From NCBI GenBank assembly GCA_964057225.1, contig OZ059900.1, positions 24,986,001-25,050,000 of the forward strand: a stretch of DNA of 64,000 bases, read 5' to 3'. Each line of letters opens with the position of its first letter. Position 1 is the stretch's first letter. This DNA comes from Auanema rhodensis. Its lineage: Eukaryota; Animalia; Nematoda. Positions 1 through 11,622 of the stretch are shown here, in pieces. The notes under the pieces were generated by a model. The model searched no databases. It had not been told where the DNA came from and saw only the letters and a list, made by a program, of their open reading frames with translations. Both the position numbers and the translations under genes were made by a program.

Positions 1-684
1 CATTTCTCATGGGAAATACTGTGTTTTTGTATTTTTCTAGTGTTCAGCATGTAAAATGCTTCGTTTTAGTATGTAACACGCTGAAATTCGTTGCATTTGA
101 CGACTCATATGAACAAAAATCGATTTAATCAATATTAGAAATAAGGGGCGTGCCCTCAGAATATGCTAATTTCCTTAATTTTCTAACCCCTGTTTTTTTG
201 TCGTGAAAGTGGAACTAGACGTTGTACGAACAATTTTGAGCTAGGTTTCATTGACATTGCATGAGTTTGAACACATGAAATCGTAAGTCAAAACCTTGTT
301 TACAGCGAAATTTCCAAAAACTGGTTTTCCAGCATAATAAAATATTTCTCAAGGGAAATACTGTGTTTTTGTATTTTTCTAGTGTTCAGCATGTAAAATG
401 CTTCATTTTAGTATGTAACACGCTGAAATTCGTTGCATTTGACGACTCATATGAACAAAAATCGATTTAATCAATATTAGCCATAAGGGGCGTGCCCACA
501 GAATATGCTAATTTCCTTAATTTTCTAACCCCTGTTTTTTTGTCGTGAAAGTGGAACTAGACGTTGTACGAACAATTTTGAGCTAGGTTTCATTGACATT
601 GCATGAGTTTGAACACATGAAATCGTAAGTCAAAACCTTGTTTACAGCGAAATTTCCAAAAACTGGTTTTCCACCATAATAAAA

Positions 685-3600
685 TATTTCTCATGGGAAA
701 TACTGTGTTTTTGTATTTTTTCAGTGTTCAGCATGTAAAATGCTTCATTTTAGTATGTAACACGCTGAAATTCGTTGCATTTGACGACTCATATGAACAA
801 AAATCGATTTAATCAATATTAGCCATAAGGGGCGTGCCCTCAGAATATGTTAATTTCCTTAATTTTCTAACCCCTGTTTTTTTGTCGTGAAAGTGGAACT
901 AGACGTTGTACGAACAATTTTGAGCTAGGTTTCATTGACATTGCATGAGTTTGAACACATGAAATCGTAAGTCAAAACCTTGTTTACAGCGAAATTTCCA
1001 AAAACTGGTTTTCCAGCATAATAAAATATTTCTCATGGGAAATACTGTGTTTTTGTATTTTTCTAGTGTTCAGCATGTAAAATGCTTCATTTTAGTATGT
1101 AACACGCTGAAATTCGTTGCATTTGACGACTCATATGAACAAAAATCGATTTAATCAATATTAGCCATAAGGGGCGTGCCCTCAGAATATGCTAATTTCC
1201 TTAATTTTCTAACCCCTGTTTTTTTGTCGTGAAAGTGGAACTAGACGTTGTACGAACAATTTTGAGCTAGGTTTCATTGACATTGCATGAGTTTGAACAC
1301 ATGAAATCGTAAGTCAAAACCTTGTTTACAGCGAAATTTCCAAAAACTGGTGTTCCAGCATAATAAAATATTTCTCATGGGAAATACTGTGTTTTTGTAT
1401 TTTTTTAGTGTTCAGCATGTAAAATGCGTCATTTTAGTATGTAAAACGCTGAAATTCGTTGCATTTGACGACTCATATGAACAAAAATCGATTTTATCAA
1501 TATTAGCCATAAGGGGCGTGCCCTCAGAATATGCTAATTTCCTTAATTTTCTAACCCCTGTTTTTTTGTCGTGAAAGTGGAACTAGACGTTGTACGAACA
1601 ATTTTGAGCTAGGTTTCATTGACATTGCATGAGTTTGAACACATGAAATCGTAAGTCAAAACCTTGTTTACAGCGAAATTTCCAAAAACTGGTTTTCCAG
1701 CATAATAAAATATTTCTCATGGGAAATACTGTGTTTTTGTATTTTTCTAGTGTTCAGCATGTAAAATGCTTCATTTTAGTATGTAACACGCTGAAATTCG
1801 TTGCATTTGACGACTCATATGAACAAAAATCGATTTAATCAATATTAGCCATAAGGGGCGTGCCCTCCGAATATGCTAATTTCCTCAATTTTCTAACCCC
1901 TGTTTTTTTGTCGTGAAAGTGGAACTTGACGTTGTACGAACAATTTTGAGCTAGGTTTCATTGACATTGCATGAGTTTGAACACATGAAATCGTAAGTCA
2001 AAACCTTGTTTACAGCGAAATTTCCAAATACTGGTTTTCCAGCATAATAAAATATTTCTCATGGGAAATACAGTGTTTTTGTATTTTTTTAGTGTTCAGC
2101 ATGTAAAATGCGTCATTTTAGTATGTAAAACGCTGAAATTCGTTGCATTTGGCGACTCATATGAACAAAAATCGATTTTATCAATATTAGCCATAAGGGG
2201 CGTGCCCTCAGAATATGCTAATTTCCTTAATTTTCTAACCCCTGTTTTTTTGTCGTGAAAGTGGAACTAGACGTTGTACGAACAATTTTGAGCTAGGTTT
2301 CATTGACATTGCATGAGTTTGAACACATGAAATCGTAAGTCAAAACCTTGTTTACAGCGAAATTTCCAAATACTGGTTTTCCAGCATAATAAAATATTTC
2401 TCATGGGAAATACAGTGTTTTTGTATTTTTTTAGTGTTCAGCATGTAAAATGCGTCATTTTAGTATGTAAAACGCTGAAATTCGTTGCATTTGGCGACTC
2501 ATATGAACAAAAATCGATTTTATCAATATTAGCCATAAGGGGCGTGCCCTCAGAATATGCTAATTTCCTTAATTTTCTAACCCCTGTTTTTTTGTCGTGA
2601 AAGTGGAACTAGACGTTGTACGAACAATTTTGAGCTAGGTTTCATTGACATTGCATGAGTTTGAACACATGAAATCGTAAGTCAAAACCTTGTTTACAGC
2701 GAAATTTCCAAAAACTGGTTTTCCAGCATAATAAAATATTTCTCATGGGAAATACTGTGTTTTTGTATTTTTCTAGTGTTCAGCATGTAAAATGCTTCAT
2801 TTTAGTATGTAACACGCTGAAATTCGTTGCATTTGACGACTCATATGAACAAAAATCGATTTAATCAATATTAGCCATAAGGGGCGTGCCCTCAGAATAT
2901 GCTAATTTCCTTAATTTTCTAACCCCTGTTTTTTTGTCGTGAAAGTGGAACTAGACGTTGTACGAACAATTTTGAGCTAGGTTTCATTGACATTGCATGA
3001 GTTTGAACACATGAAATCGTAAGTCAAAACCTTGTTTACAGCGAAATTTCCAAAAACTGGTTTTCCAGCATAATAAAATATTTCTCATGGGAAATACTGT
3101 GTTTTTGTATTTTTCTAGTGTTCAGCATGTAAAATGCTTCATTTTAGTATGTAACACGCTGAAATTCGTTGCATTTGACGACTCATATGAACAAAAATCG
3201 ATTTTATCAATATTAGCCATAAGGGGCGTGCCCTCAGAATATGCTAATTTCCTTAATTTTCTAACCCCTGTTTTTTTGTCGTGAAAGTGGAACTAGACGT
3301 TGTACGAACAATTTTGAGCTAGGTTTCATTGACATTGCATGAGTTTGAACACATGAAATCGTAAGTCAAAACCTTGTTTACAGCGAAATTTCCAAAAACT
3401 GGTTTTCCAGCATAATAAAATATTTCTCATGGGAAATACTGTGTTTTTGTATTTTTCTAGTGTTCAGCATGTAAAATGCTTCATTTTAGTATGTAACACG
3501 CTGAAATTCGTTGCATTTGACGACTCATATGAACAAAAATCGATTTAATCAATATTAGCCATAAGGGGCGTGCCCTCAGAATATGCTAATTTCCTTAATT

Positions 3601-6154
3601 TTCTAACCCCTGTTTTTTTGTCGTGAAAGTGGAACTAGACGTTGTACGAACAATTTTGAGCTAGGTTTCATTGACATTGCATGAGTTTGAACACATGAAA
3701 TCGTAAGTCAAAACCTTGTTTACAGCGAAATTTCCAAAAACTGGTTTTCCAGCATAATAAAATATTTCTCATGGGAAATACTGTGTTTTTGTATTTTTCT
3801 AGTGTTCAGCATGTAAAATGCTTCATTTTAGTATGTAACACGCTGAAATTCGTTGCATTTGACGACTCATATGAACAAAAATCGATTTAATCAATATTAG
3901 CCATAAGGGGCGTGCCCTCAGAATATGCTAATTTCCTTAATTTTCTAACCCCTGTTTTTTTGTCGTGAAAGTGGAACTAGACGTTGTACGAACAATTTTG
4001 AGCTAGGTTTCATTGACATTGCATGAGTTTGAACACATGAAATCGTAAGTCAAAACCTTGTTTACAGCGAAATTTCCAAAAACTGGTTTTCCAGCATAAT
4101 AAAATATTTCTCAAGGGAAAAACTGTGTTTTTATATTTTTCTAGTGTTCAGCATGTAAAATGCTTCATTTTGATATGTAAAACGCTGAAATTCGTTGCAT
4201 TTGACGACTCATATGAACAAAAATCGATTTTATCAATATTAGCCATAAGGGGCGTGCCCTCAGAATATGCTAATTTCCTTAATTTTCTAACCCCTGTTTT
4301 TTTGTCGTGAAAGTGGAACTAGACGTTGTACGAACAATTTTGAGCTAGGTTTCATTGACATTGCATGAGTTTTAACACATGAAATCGTAAGTCAAAACCT
4401 TGTTTACAGCGAAATTTCCAAAAACTGGTTTTCCAGCATAATAAAATATTTCTCATGGGAAATACTGTGTTTTTGTATTTTTCTAGTGTTCAGCATGTAA
4501 AATGCTTCATTTTAGTATGTAACACGCTGAAATTCGTTGCATTTGACGACTCATATGAACAAAAATCGATTTAATCAATATTAGCCATAAGGGGCGTGCC
4601 CTCAGAATATGCTAATTTCCTTAATTTTCTAACCCCTGTTTTTTTGTCGTGAAAGTGGAACTAGACGTTGTACGAACAATTTTGAGCTAGGTTTCATTGA
4701 CATTGCATGAGTTTGAACACATGAAATCGTAAGTCAAAACCTTGTTTACAGCGAAATTTCCAAAAACTGGTTTTCCAGCATAATAAAATATTTCTCATGG
4801 GAAATACTGTGTTTTTGTATTTTTTTAGTGTTCAGCATGTAAAATGCTTCATTTTAGTATGTAACACGCTGAAATTCGTTGCATTTGACGACTCATATGA
4901 ACAAAAATCGATTTAATCAATATTAACCATAAGGGGCGTGCCCTCAGAATGTGCTAATTTCCTTAATTTTCTAACCCCTGTTTTTTTGTCGTGAAAGTGG
5001 AACTAGACGTTGTACGAACAATTTTGAGCTAGGTTTCATTGACATTGCATGAGTTTGAACACATGAAATCGTAAGTCAAAACCTTGTTTACAGCGAAATT
5101 TCCAAAAACTGTTTTCCAGCATAATAAAATATTTCTCATGGGAAATACTGTGTTTTTGTATTTTTTTAGTGTTCAGCATGTAAAATGCTTCATTTTAGTA
5201 TGTAACACGCTGAAATTCGTTGCGTTTGACGACTCATATGAACAAAAATCGATTTAATCAATATTATCCATAAGGGGCGTGCCCTCAGAATATGCTAATT
5301 TCCTTAATTTTCTAACCCCTGTTTTTTTGTCGTGAAAGTGGAACTAGACGTTGTACGAACAATTTTGAGCTAGGTTTCATTGACATTGCATGAGTTTGAA
5401 CACATGAAATCGTAAGTCAAAACCTTGTTTACAGCGAAATTTCCAAAAACTGTTTTCCAGCATAATAAAATATTTCTCATGGGAAAAACTGTGTTTTTGT
5501 ATTTTTCTAGTGTTCAGCATGTAAAATGCTTCATTTTAGTATGTAACACGCTGAAATTCGTTGCATTTGACGACTCATATGAACAAAAATCGATTTAATC
5601 AATATTAACCATAAGGGGCGTGCCCTCAGAATGTGCTAATTTCCTTAATTTTCTAACCCCTGTTTTTTTGTCGTGAAAGTGGAACTAGACGTTGTACGAA
5701 CAATTTTGAGCTAGGTTTCATTGACATTGCATGAGTTTGAACACATGAATTCGTAAGTCAAAACCTTGTTTACAGCGAAATTTCCAAAAACTGGTTTTCC
5801 AGCATAATAAAATATTTCTCATGGGAAATACTGTGTTTTTGTATTTTTCTAGTGTTCAGCATGTAAAATGCTTCATTTTAGTATGTAACACGCTGAAATT
5901 CGTTGCATTTGACGACTCATATGAACAAAAATCGATTTAATCAATATTAGCCATAAGGGGCGTGCCCTCAGAATATGCTAATTTCCTTAATTTTCTAACC
6001 CCTGTTTTTTTGTCGTGAAAGTGGAACTAGACGTTGTACGAACAATTTTGAGCTAGGTTTCATTGACATTGCATGAGTTTGAACACATGAAATCGTAAGT
6101 CAAAACCTTGTTTACAGCGAAATTTCCAAAAACTGGTTTTCCACCATAATAAAA
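685..6154 (+). repeat. 16-monomer higher-order repeat, copy 1 (5470 bp)
   Basis: The ordered variant series (TTCAG; GGTGTT; GCGTC/AAAACG; CTCCG/CCTCA/AACTTG; two GGCGAC monomers; CAAG/TGATA; TTAACC; GCGTTT/TTATCC; GAATTC) recurs 10938 bp downstream. ORFs at 1350/2061/2403/3087/4125 reappear at 12288/12999/13341/14025/15063. Confidence 0.92.
3421..3762 (+). repeat. Representative consensus monomer (342 bp)
   Basis: Carries the majority base at every variable position I checked. 57 C + 59 G (33.9% GC), 10 CpG. Contains NdeI CATATG (3526-3531) and ClaI ATCGAT (3539-3544). Confidence 0.95.
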
Positions 6155-8204
6155 TATTTCTCATGGGAAATACTGTGTTTTTGTATTTTTTCAGTGTTCA
6201 GCATGTAAAATGCTTCATTTTAGTATGTAACACGCTGAAATTCGTTGCATTTGACGACTCATATGAACAAAAATCGATTTAATCAATATTAGCCATAAGG
6301 GGCGTGCCCTCAGAATATGCTAATTTCCTTAATTTTCTAACCCCTGTTTTTTTGTCGTGAAAGTGGAACTAGACGTTGTACGAACAATTTTGAGCTAGGT
6401 TTCATTGACATTGCATGAGTTTGAACACATGAAATCGTAAGTCAAAACCTTGTTTACAGCGAAATTTCCAAAAACTGGTTTTCCAGCATAATAAAATATT
6501 TCTCATGGGAAATACTGTGTTTTTGTATTTTTTTAGTGTTCAGCATGTAAAATGCTTCATTTTAGTATGTAACACGCTGAAATTCGTTGCATTTGACGAC
6601 TCATATGAACAAAAATCGATTTAATCAATATTAACCATAAGGGGCGTGCCCTCAGAATGTGCTAATTTCCTTAATTTTCTAACCCCTGTTTTTTTGTCGT
6701 GAAAGTGGAACTAGACGTTGTACGAACAATTTTGAGCTAGGTTTCATTGACATTGCATGAGTTTGAACACATGAAATCGTAAGTCAAAACCTTGTTTACA
6801 GCGAAATTTCCAAAAACTGGTTTTCCAGCATAATAAAATATTTCTCATGGGAAATACTGTGTTTTTGTATTTTTTTAGTGTTCAGCATGTAAAATGCTTC
6901 ATTTTAGTATGTAACACGCTGAAATTCGTTGCATTTGACGACTCATATGAACAAAAATCGATTTAATCAATATTAACCATAAGGGGCGTGCCCTCAGAAT
7001 GTGCTAATTTCCTTAATTTTCTAACCCCTGTTTTTTTGTCGTGAAAGTGGAACTAGACGTTGTACGAACAATTTTGAGCTAGGTTTCATTGACATTGCAT
7101 GAGTTTGAACACATGAAATCGTAAGTCAAAACCTTGTTTACAGCGAAATTTCCAAAAACTGTTTTCCAGCATAATAAAATATTTCTCATGGGAAATACTG
7201 TGTTTTTGTATTTTTTTAGTGTTCAGCATGTAAAATGCTTCATTTTAGTATGTAACACGCTGAAATTCGTTGCGTTTGACGACTCATATGAACAAAAATC
7301 GATTTAATCAATATTATCCATAAGGGGCGTGCCCTCAGAATATGCTAATTTCCTTAATTTTCTAACCCCTGTTTTTTTGTCGTGAAAGTGGAACTAGACG
7401 TTGTACGAACAATTTTGAGCTAGGTTTCATTGACATTGCATGAGTTTGAACACATGAAATCGTAAGTCAAAACCTTGTTTACAGCGAAATTTCCAAAAAC
7501 TGTTTTCCAGCATAATAAAATATTTCTCATGGGAAAAACTGTGTTTTTGTATTTTTCTAGTGTTCAGCATGTAAAATGCTTCATTTTAGTATGTAACACG
7601 CTGAAATTCGTTGCATTTGACGACTCATATGAACAAAAATCGATTTAATCAATATTAACCATAAGGGGCGTGCCCTCAGAATGTGCTAATTTCCTTAATT
7701 TTCTAACCCCTGTTTTTTTGTCGTGAAAGTGGAACTAGACGTTGTACGAACAATTTTGAGCTAGGTTTCATTGACATTGCATGAGTTTGAACACATGAAT
7801 TCGTAAGTCAAAACCTTGTTTACAGCGAAATTTCCAAAAACTGGTTTTCCAGCATAATAAAATATTTCTCATGGGAAATACTGTGTTTTTGTATTTTTCT
7901 AGTGTTCAGCATGTAAAATGCTTCATTTTAGTATGTAACACGCTGAAATTCGTTGCATTTGACGACTCATATGAACAAAAATCGATTTAATCAATATTAG
8001 CCATAAGGGGCGTGCCCTCAGAATATGCTAATTTCCTTAATTTTCTAACCCCTGTTTTTTTGTCGTGAAAGTGGAACTAGACGTTGTACGAACAATTTTG
8101 AGCTAGGTTTCATTGACATTGCATGAGTTTGAACACATGAAATCGTAAGTCAAAACCTTGTTTACAGCGAAATTTCCAAAAACTGGTTTTCCACCATAAT
8201 AAAA
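6155..8204 (+). repeat. 6-monomer deletion derivative of the 16-mer HOR (2050 bp)
   Basis: Begins with the TTCAG monomer, then jumps to the terminal TTAACC (present twice) / TTATCC / GAATTC / CCACC module. EcoRI spacing 5747 to 7797 is 2050. Confidence 0.85.
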
Positions 8205-11200
8205 TATTTCTCATGGGAAATACTGTGTTTTTGTATTTTTTCAGTGTTCAGCATGTAAAATGCTTCATTTTAGTATGTAACACGCTGAAATTCGTTGCAT
8301 TTGACGACTCATATGAACAAAAATCGATTTAATCAATATTAGCCATAAGGGGCGTGCCCTCAGAATATGCTAATTTCCTTAATTTTCTAACCCCTGTTTT
8401 TTTGTCGTGAAAGTGGAACTAGACGTTGTACGAACAATTTTGAGCTAGGTTTCATTGACATTGCATGAGTTTGAACACATGAAATCGTAAGTCAAAACCT
8501 TGTTTACAGCGAAATTTCCAAAAACTGGTTTTCCAGCATAATAAAATATTTCTCATGGGAAATACTGTGTTTTTGTATTTTTCTAGTGTTCAGCATGTAA
8601 AATGCTTCATTTTAGTATGTAACACGCTGAAATTCGTTGCATTTGACGACTCATATGAACAAAAATCGATTTAATCAATATTAGCCATAAGGGGCGTGCC
8701 CTCAGAATATGCTAATTTCCTTAATTTTCTAACCCCTGTTTTTTTGTCGTGAAAGTGGAACTAGACGTTGTACGAACAATTTTGAGCTAGGTTTCATTGA
8801 CATTGCATGAGTTTGAACACATGAAATCGTAAGTCAAAACCTTGTTTACAGCGAAATTTCCAAAAACTGGTGTTCCAGCATAATAAAATATTTCTCATGG
8901 GAAATACTGTGTTTTTGTATTTTTTTAGTGTTCAGCATGTAAAATGCGTCATTTTAGTATGTAAAACGCTGAAATTCGTTGCATTTGACGACTCATATGA
9001 ACAAAAATCGATTTTATCAATATTAGCCATAAGGGGCGTGCCCTCAGAATATGCTAATTTCCTTAATTTTCTAACCCCTGTTTTTTTGTCGTGAAAGTGG
9101 AACTAGACGTTGTACGAACAATTTTGAGCTAGGTTTCATTGACATTGCATGAGTTTGAACACATGAAATCGTAAGTCAAAACCTTGTTTACAGCGAAATT
9201 TCCAAAAACTGGTTTTCCAGCATAATAAAATATTTCTCATGGGAAATACTGTGTTTTTGTATTTTTCTAGTGTTCAGCATGTAAAATGCTTCATTTTAGT
9301 ATGTAACACGCTGAAATTCGTTGCATTTGACGACTCATATGAACAAAAATCGATTTAATCAATATTAGCCATAAGGGGCGTGCCCTCAGAATATGCTAAT
9401 TTCCTTAATTTTCTAACCCCTGTTTTTTTGTCGTGAAAGTGGAACTAGACGTTGTACGAACAATTTTGAGCTAGGTTTCATTGACATTGCATGAGTTTGA
9501 ACACATGAAATCGTAAGTCAAAACCTTGTTTACAGCGAAATTTCCAAAAACTGGTTTTCCAGCATAATAAAATATTTCTCAAGGGAAAAACTGTGTTTTT
9601 ATATTTTTCTAGTGTTCAGCATGTAAAATGCTTCATTTTGATATGTAAAACGCTGAAATTCGTTGCATTTGACGACTCATATGAACAAAAATCGATTTTA
9701 TCAATATTAGCCATAAGGGGCGTGCCCTCAGAATATGCTAATTTCCTTAATTTTCTAACCCCTGTTTTTTTGTCGTGAAAGTGGAACTAGACGTTGTACG
9801 AACAATTTTGAGCTAGGTTTCATTGACATTGCATGAGTTTTAACACATGAAATCGTAAGTCAAAACCTTGTTTACAGCGAAATTTCCAAAAACTGGTTTT
9901 CCAGCATAATAAAATATTTCTCATGGGAAATACTGTGTTTTTGTATTTTTCTAGTGTTCAGCATGTAAAATGCTTCATTTTAGTATGTAACACGCTGAAA
10001 TTCGTTGCATTTGACGACTCATATGAACAAAAATCGATTTAATCAATATTAGCCATAAGGGGCGTGCCCTCAGAATATGCTAATTTCCTTAATTTTCTAA
10101 CCCCTGTTTTTTTGTCGTGAAAGTGGAACTAGACGTTGTACGAACAATTTTGAGCTAGGTTTCATTGACATTGCATGAGTTTGAACACATGAAATCGTAA
10201 GTCAAAACCTTGTTTACAGCGAAATTTCCAAAAACTGGTTTTCCAGCATAATAAAATATTTCTCATGGGAAATACTGTGTTTTTGTATTTTTTTAGTGTT
10301 CAGCATGTAAAATGCTTCATTTTAGTATGTAACACGCTGAAATTCGTTGCATTTGACGACTCATATGAACAAAAATCGATTTAATCAATATTAACCATAA
10401 GGGGCGTGCCCTCAGAATGTGCTAATTTCCTTAATTTTCTAACCCCTGTTTTTTTGTCGTGAAAGTGGAACTAGACGTTGTACGAACAATTTTGAGCTAG
10501 GTTTCATTGACATTGCATGAGTTTGAACACATGAAATCGTAAGTCAAAACCTTGTTTACAGCGAAATTTCCAAAAACTGTTTTCCAGCATAATAAAATAT
10601 TTCTCATGGGAAATACTGTGTTTTTGTATTTTTTTAGTGTTCAGCATGTAAAATGCTTCATTTTAGTATGTAACACGCTGAAATTCGTTGCGTTTGACGA
10701 CTCATATGAACAAAAATCGATTTAATCAATATTATCCATAAGGGGCGTGCCCTCAGAATATGCTAATTTCCTTAATTTTCTAACCCCTGTTTTTTTGTCG
10801 TGAAAGTGGAACTAGACGTTGTACGAACAATTTTGAGCTAGGTTTCATTGACATTGCATGAGTTTGAACACATGAAATCGTAAGTCAAAACCTTGTTTAC
10901 AGCGAAATTTCCAAAAACTGTTTTCCAGCATAATAAAATATTTCTCATGGGAAAAACTGTGTTTTTGTATTTTTCTAGTGTTCAGCATGTAAAATGCTTC
11001 ATTTTAGTATGTAACACGCTGAAATTCGTTGCATTTGACGACTCATATGAACAAAAATCGATTTAATCAATATTAACCATAAGGGGCGTGCCCTCAGAAT
11101 GTGCTAATTTCCTTAATTTTCTAACCCCTGTTTTTTTGTCGTGAAAGTGGAACTAGACGTTGTACGAACAATTTTGAGCTAGGTTTCATTGACATTGCAT

Positions 11201-11622
11201 GAGTTTGAACACATGAATTCGTAAGTCAAAACCTTGTTTACAGCGAAATTTCCAAAAACTGGTTTTCCAGCATAATAAAATATTTCTCATGGGAAATACT
11301 GTGTTTTTGTATTTTTCTAGTGTTCAGCATGTAAAATGCTTCATTTTAGTATGTAACACGCTGAAATTCGTTGCATTTGACGACTCATATGAACAAAAAT
11401 CGATTTAATCAATATTAGCCATAAGGGGCGTGCCCTCAGAATATGCTAATTTCCTTAATTTTCTAACCCCTGTTTTTTTGTCGTGAAAGTGGAACTAGAC
11501 GTTGTACGAACAATTTTGAGCTAGGTTTCATTGACATTGCATGAGTTTGAACACATGAAATCGTAAGTCAAAACCTTGTTTACAGCGAAATTTCCAAAAA
11601 CTGGTTTTCCACCATAATAAAA
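8205..11622 (+). repeat. 10-monomer deletion derivative of the 16-mer HOR (3418 bp)
   Basis: Same order as the 16-mer but lacks six internal monomers, including the CTCCG variants and both GGCGAC monomers. EcoRI spacing 7797 to 11215 is 3418. Confidence 0.88.

Noticed and set aside
3506-3522. CENP-B-box-like ATTCGTTGCATTTGACG
   Set aside because: Matches TTCG and the spaced A but lacks the CGGG half (about 6 of 9 core bases), and the TTCG is itself recurrently mutated. Not supportable as a functional box.
3671-3761. TTGACA (-35-like) and AATAAA (polyA-like) hexamers in each monomer
   Set aside because: No properly spaced -10 element and no gene context. Such hexamers are expected by chance in 66% AT DNA.
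3421-3762. Tandem RNA gene unit (5S rRNA, tRNA, snRNA, spliced leader) or telomeric repeat (single TAACCCC)
   Set aside because: I recognise no 5S/tRNA/snRNA sequence or Pol III A/B/C boxes, and the telomere-like motif is single and not tandem. An Rfam/Infernal scan would be the decisive test.
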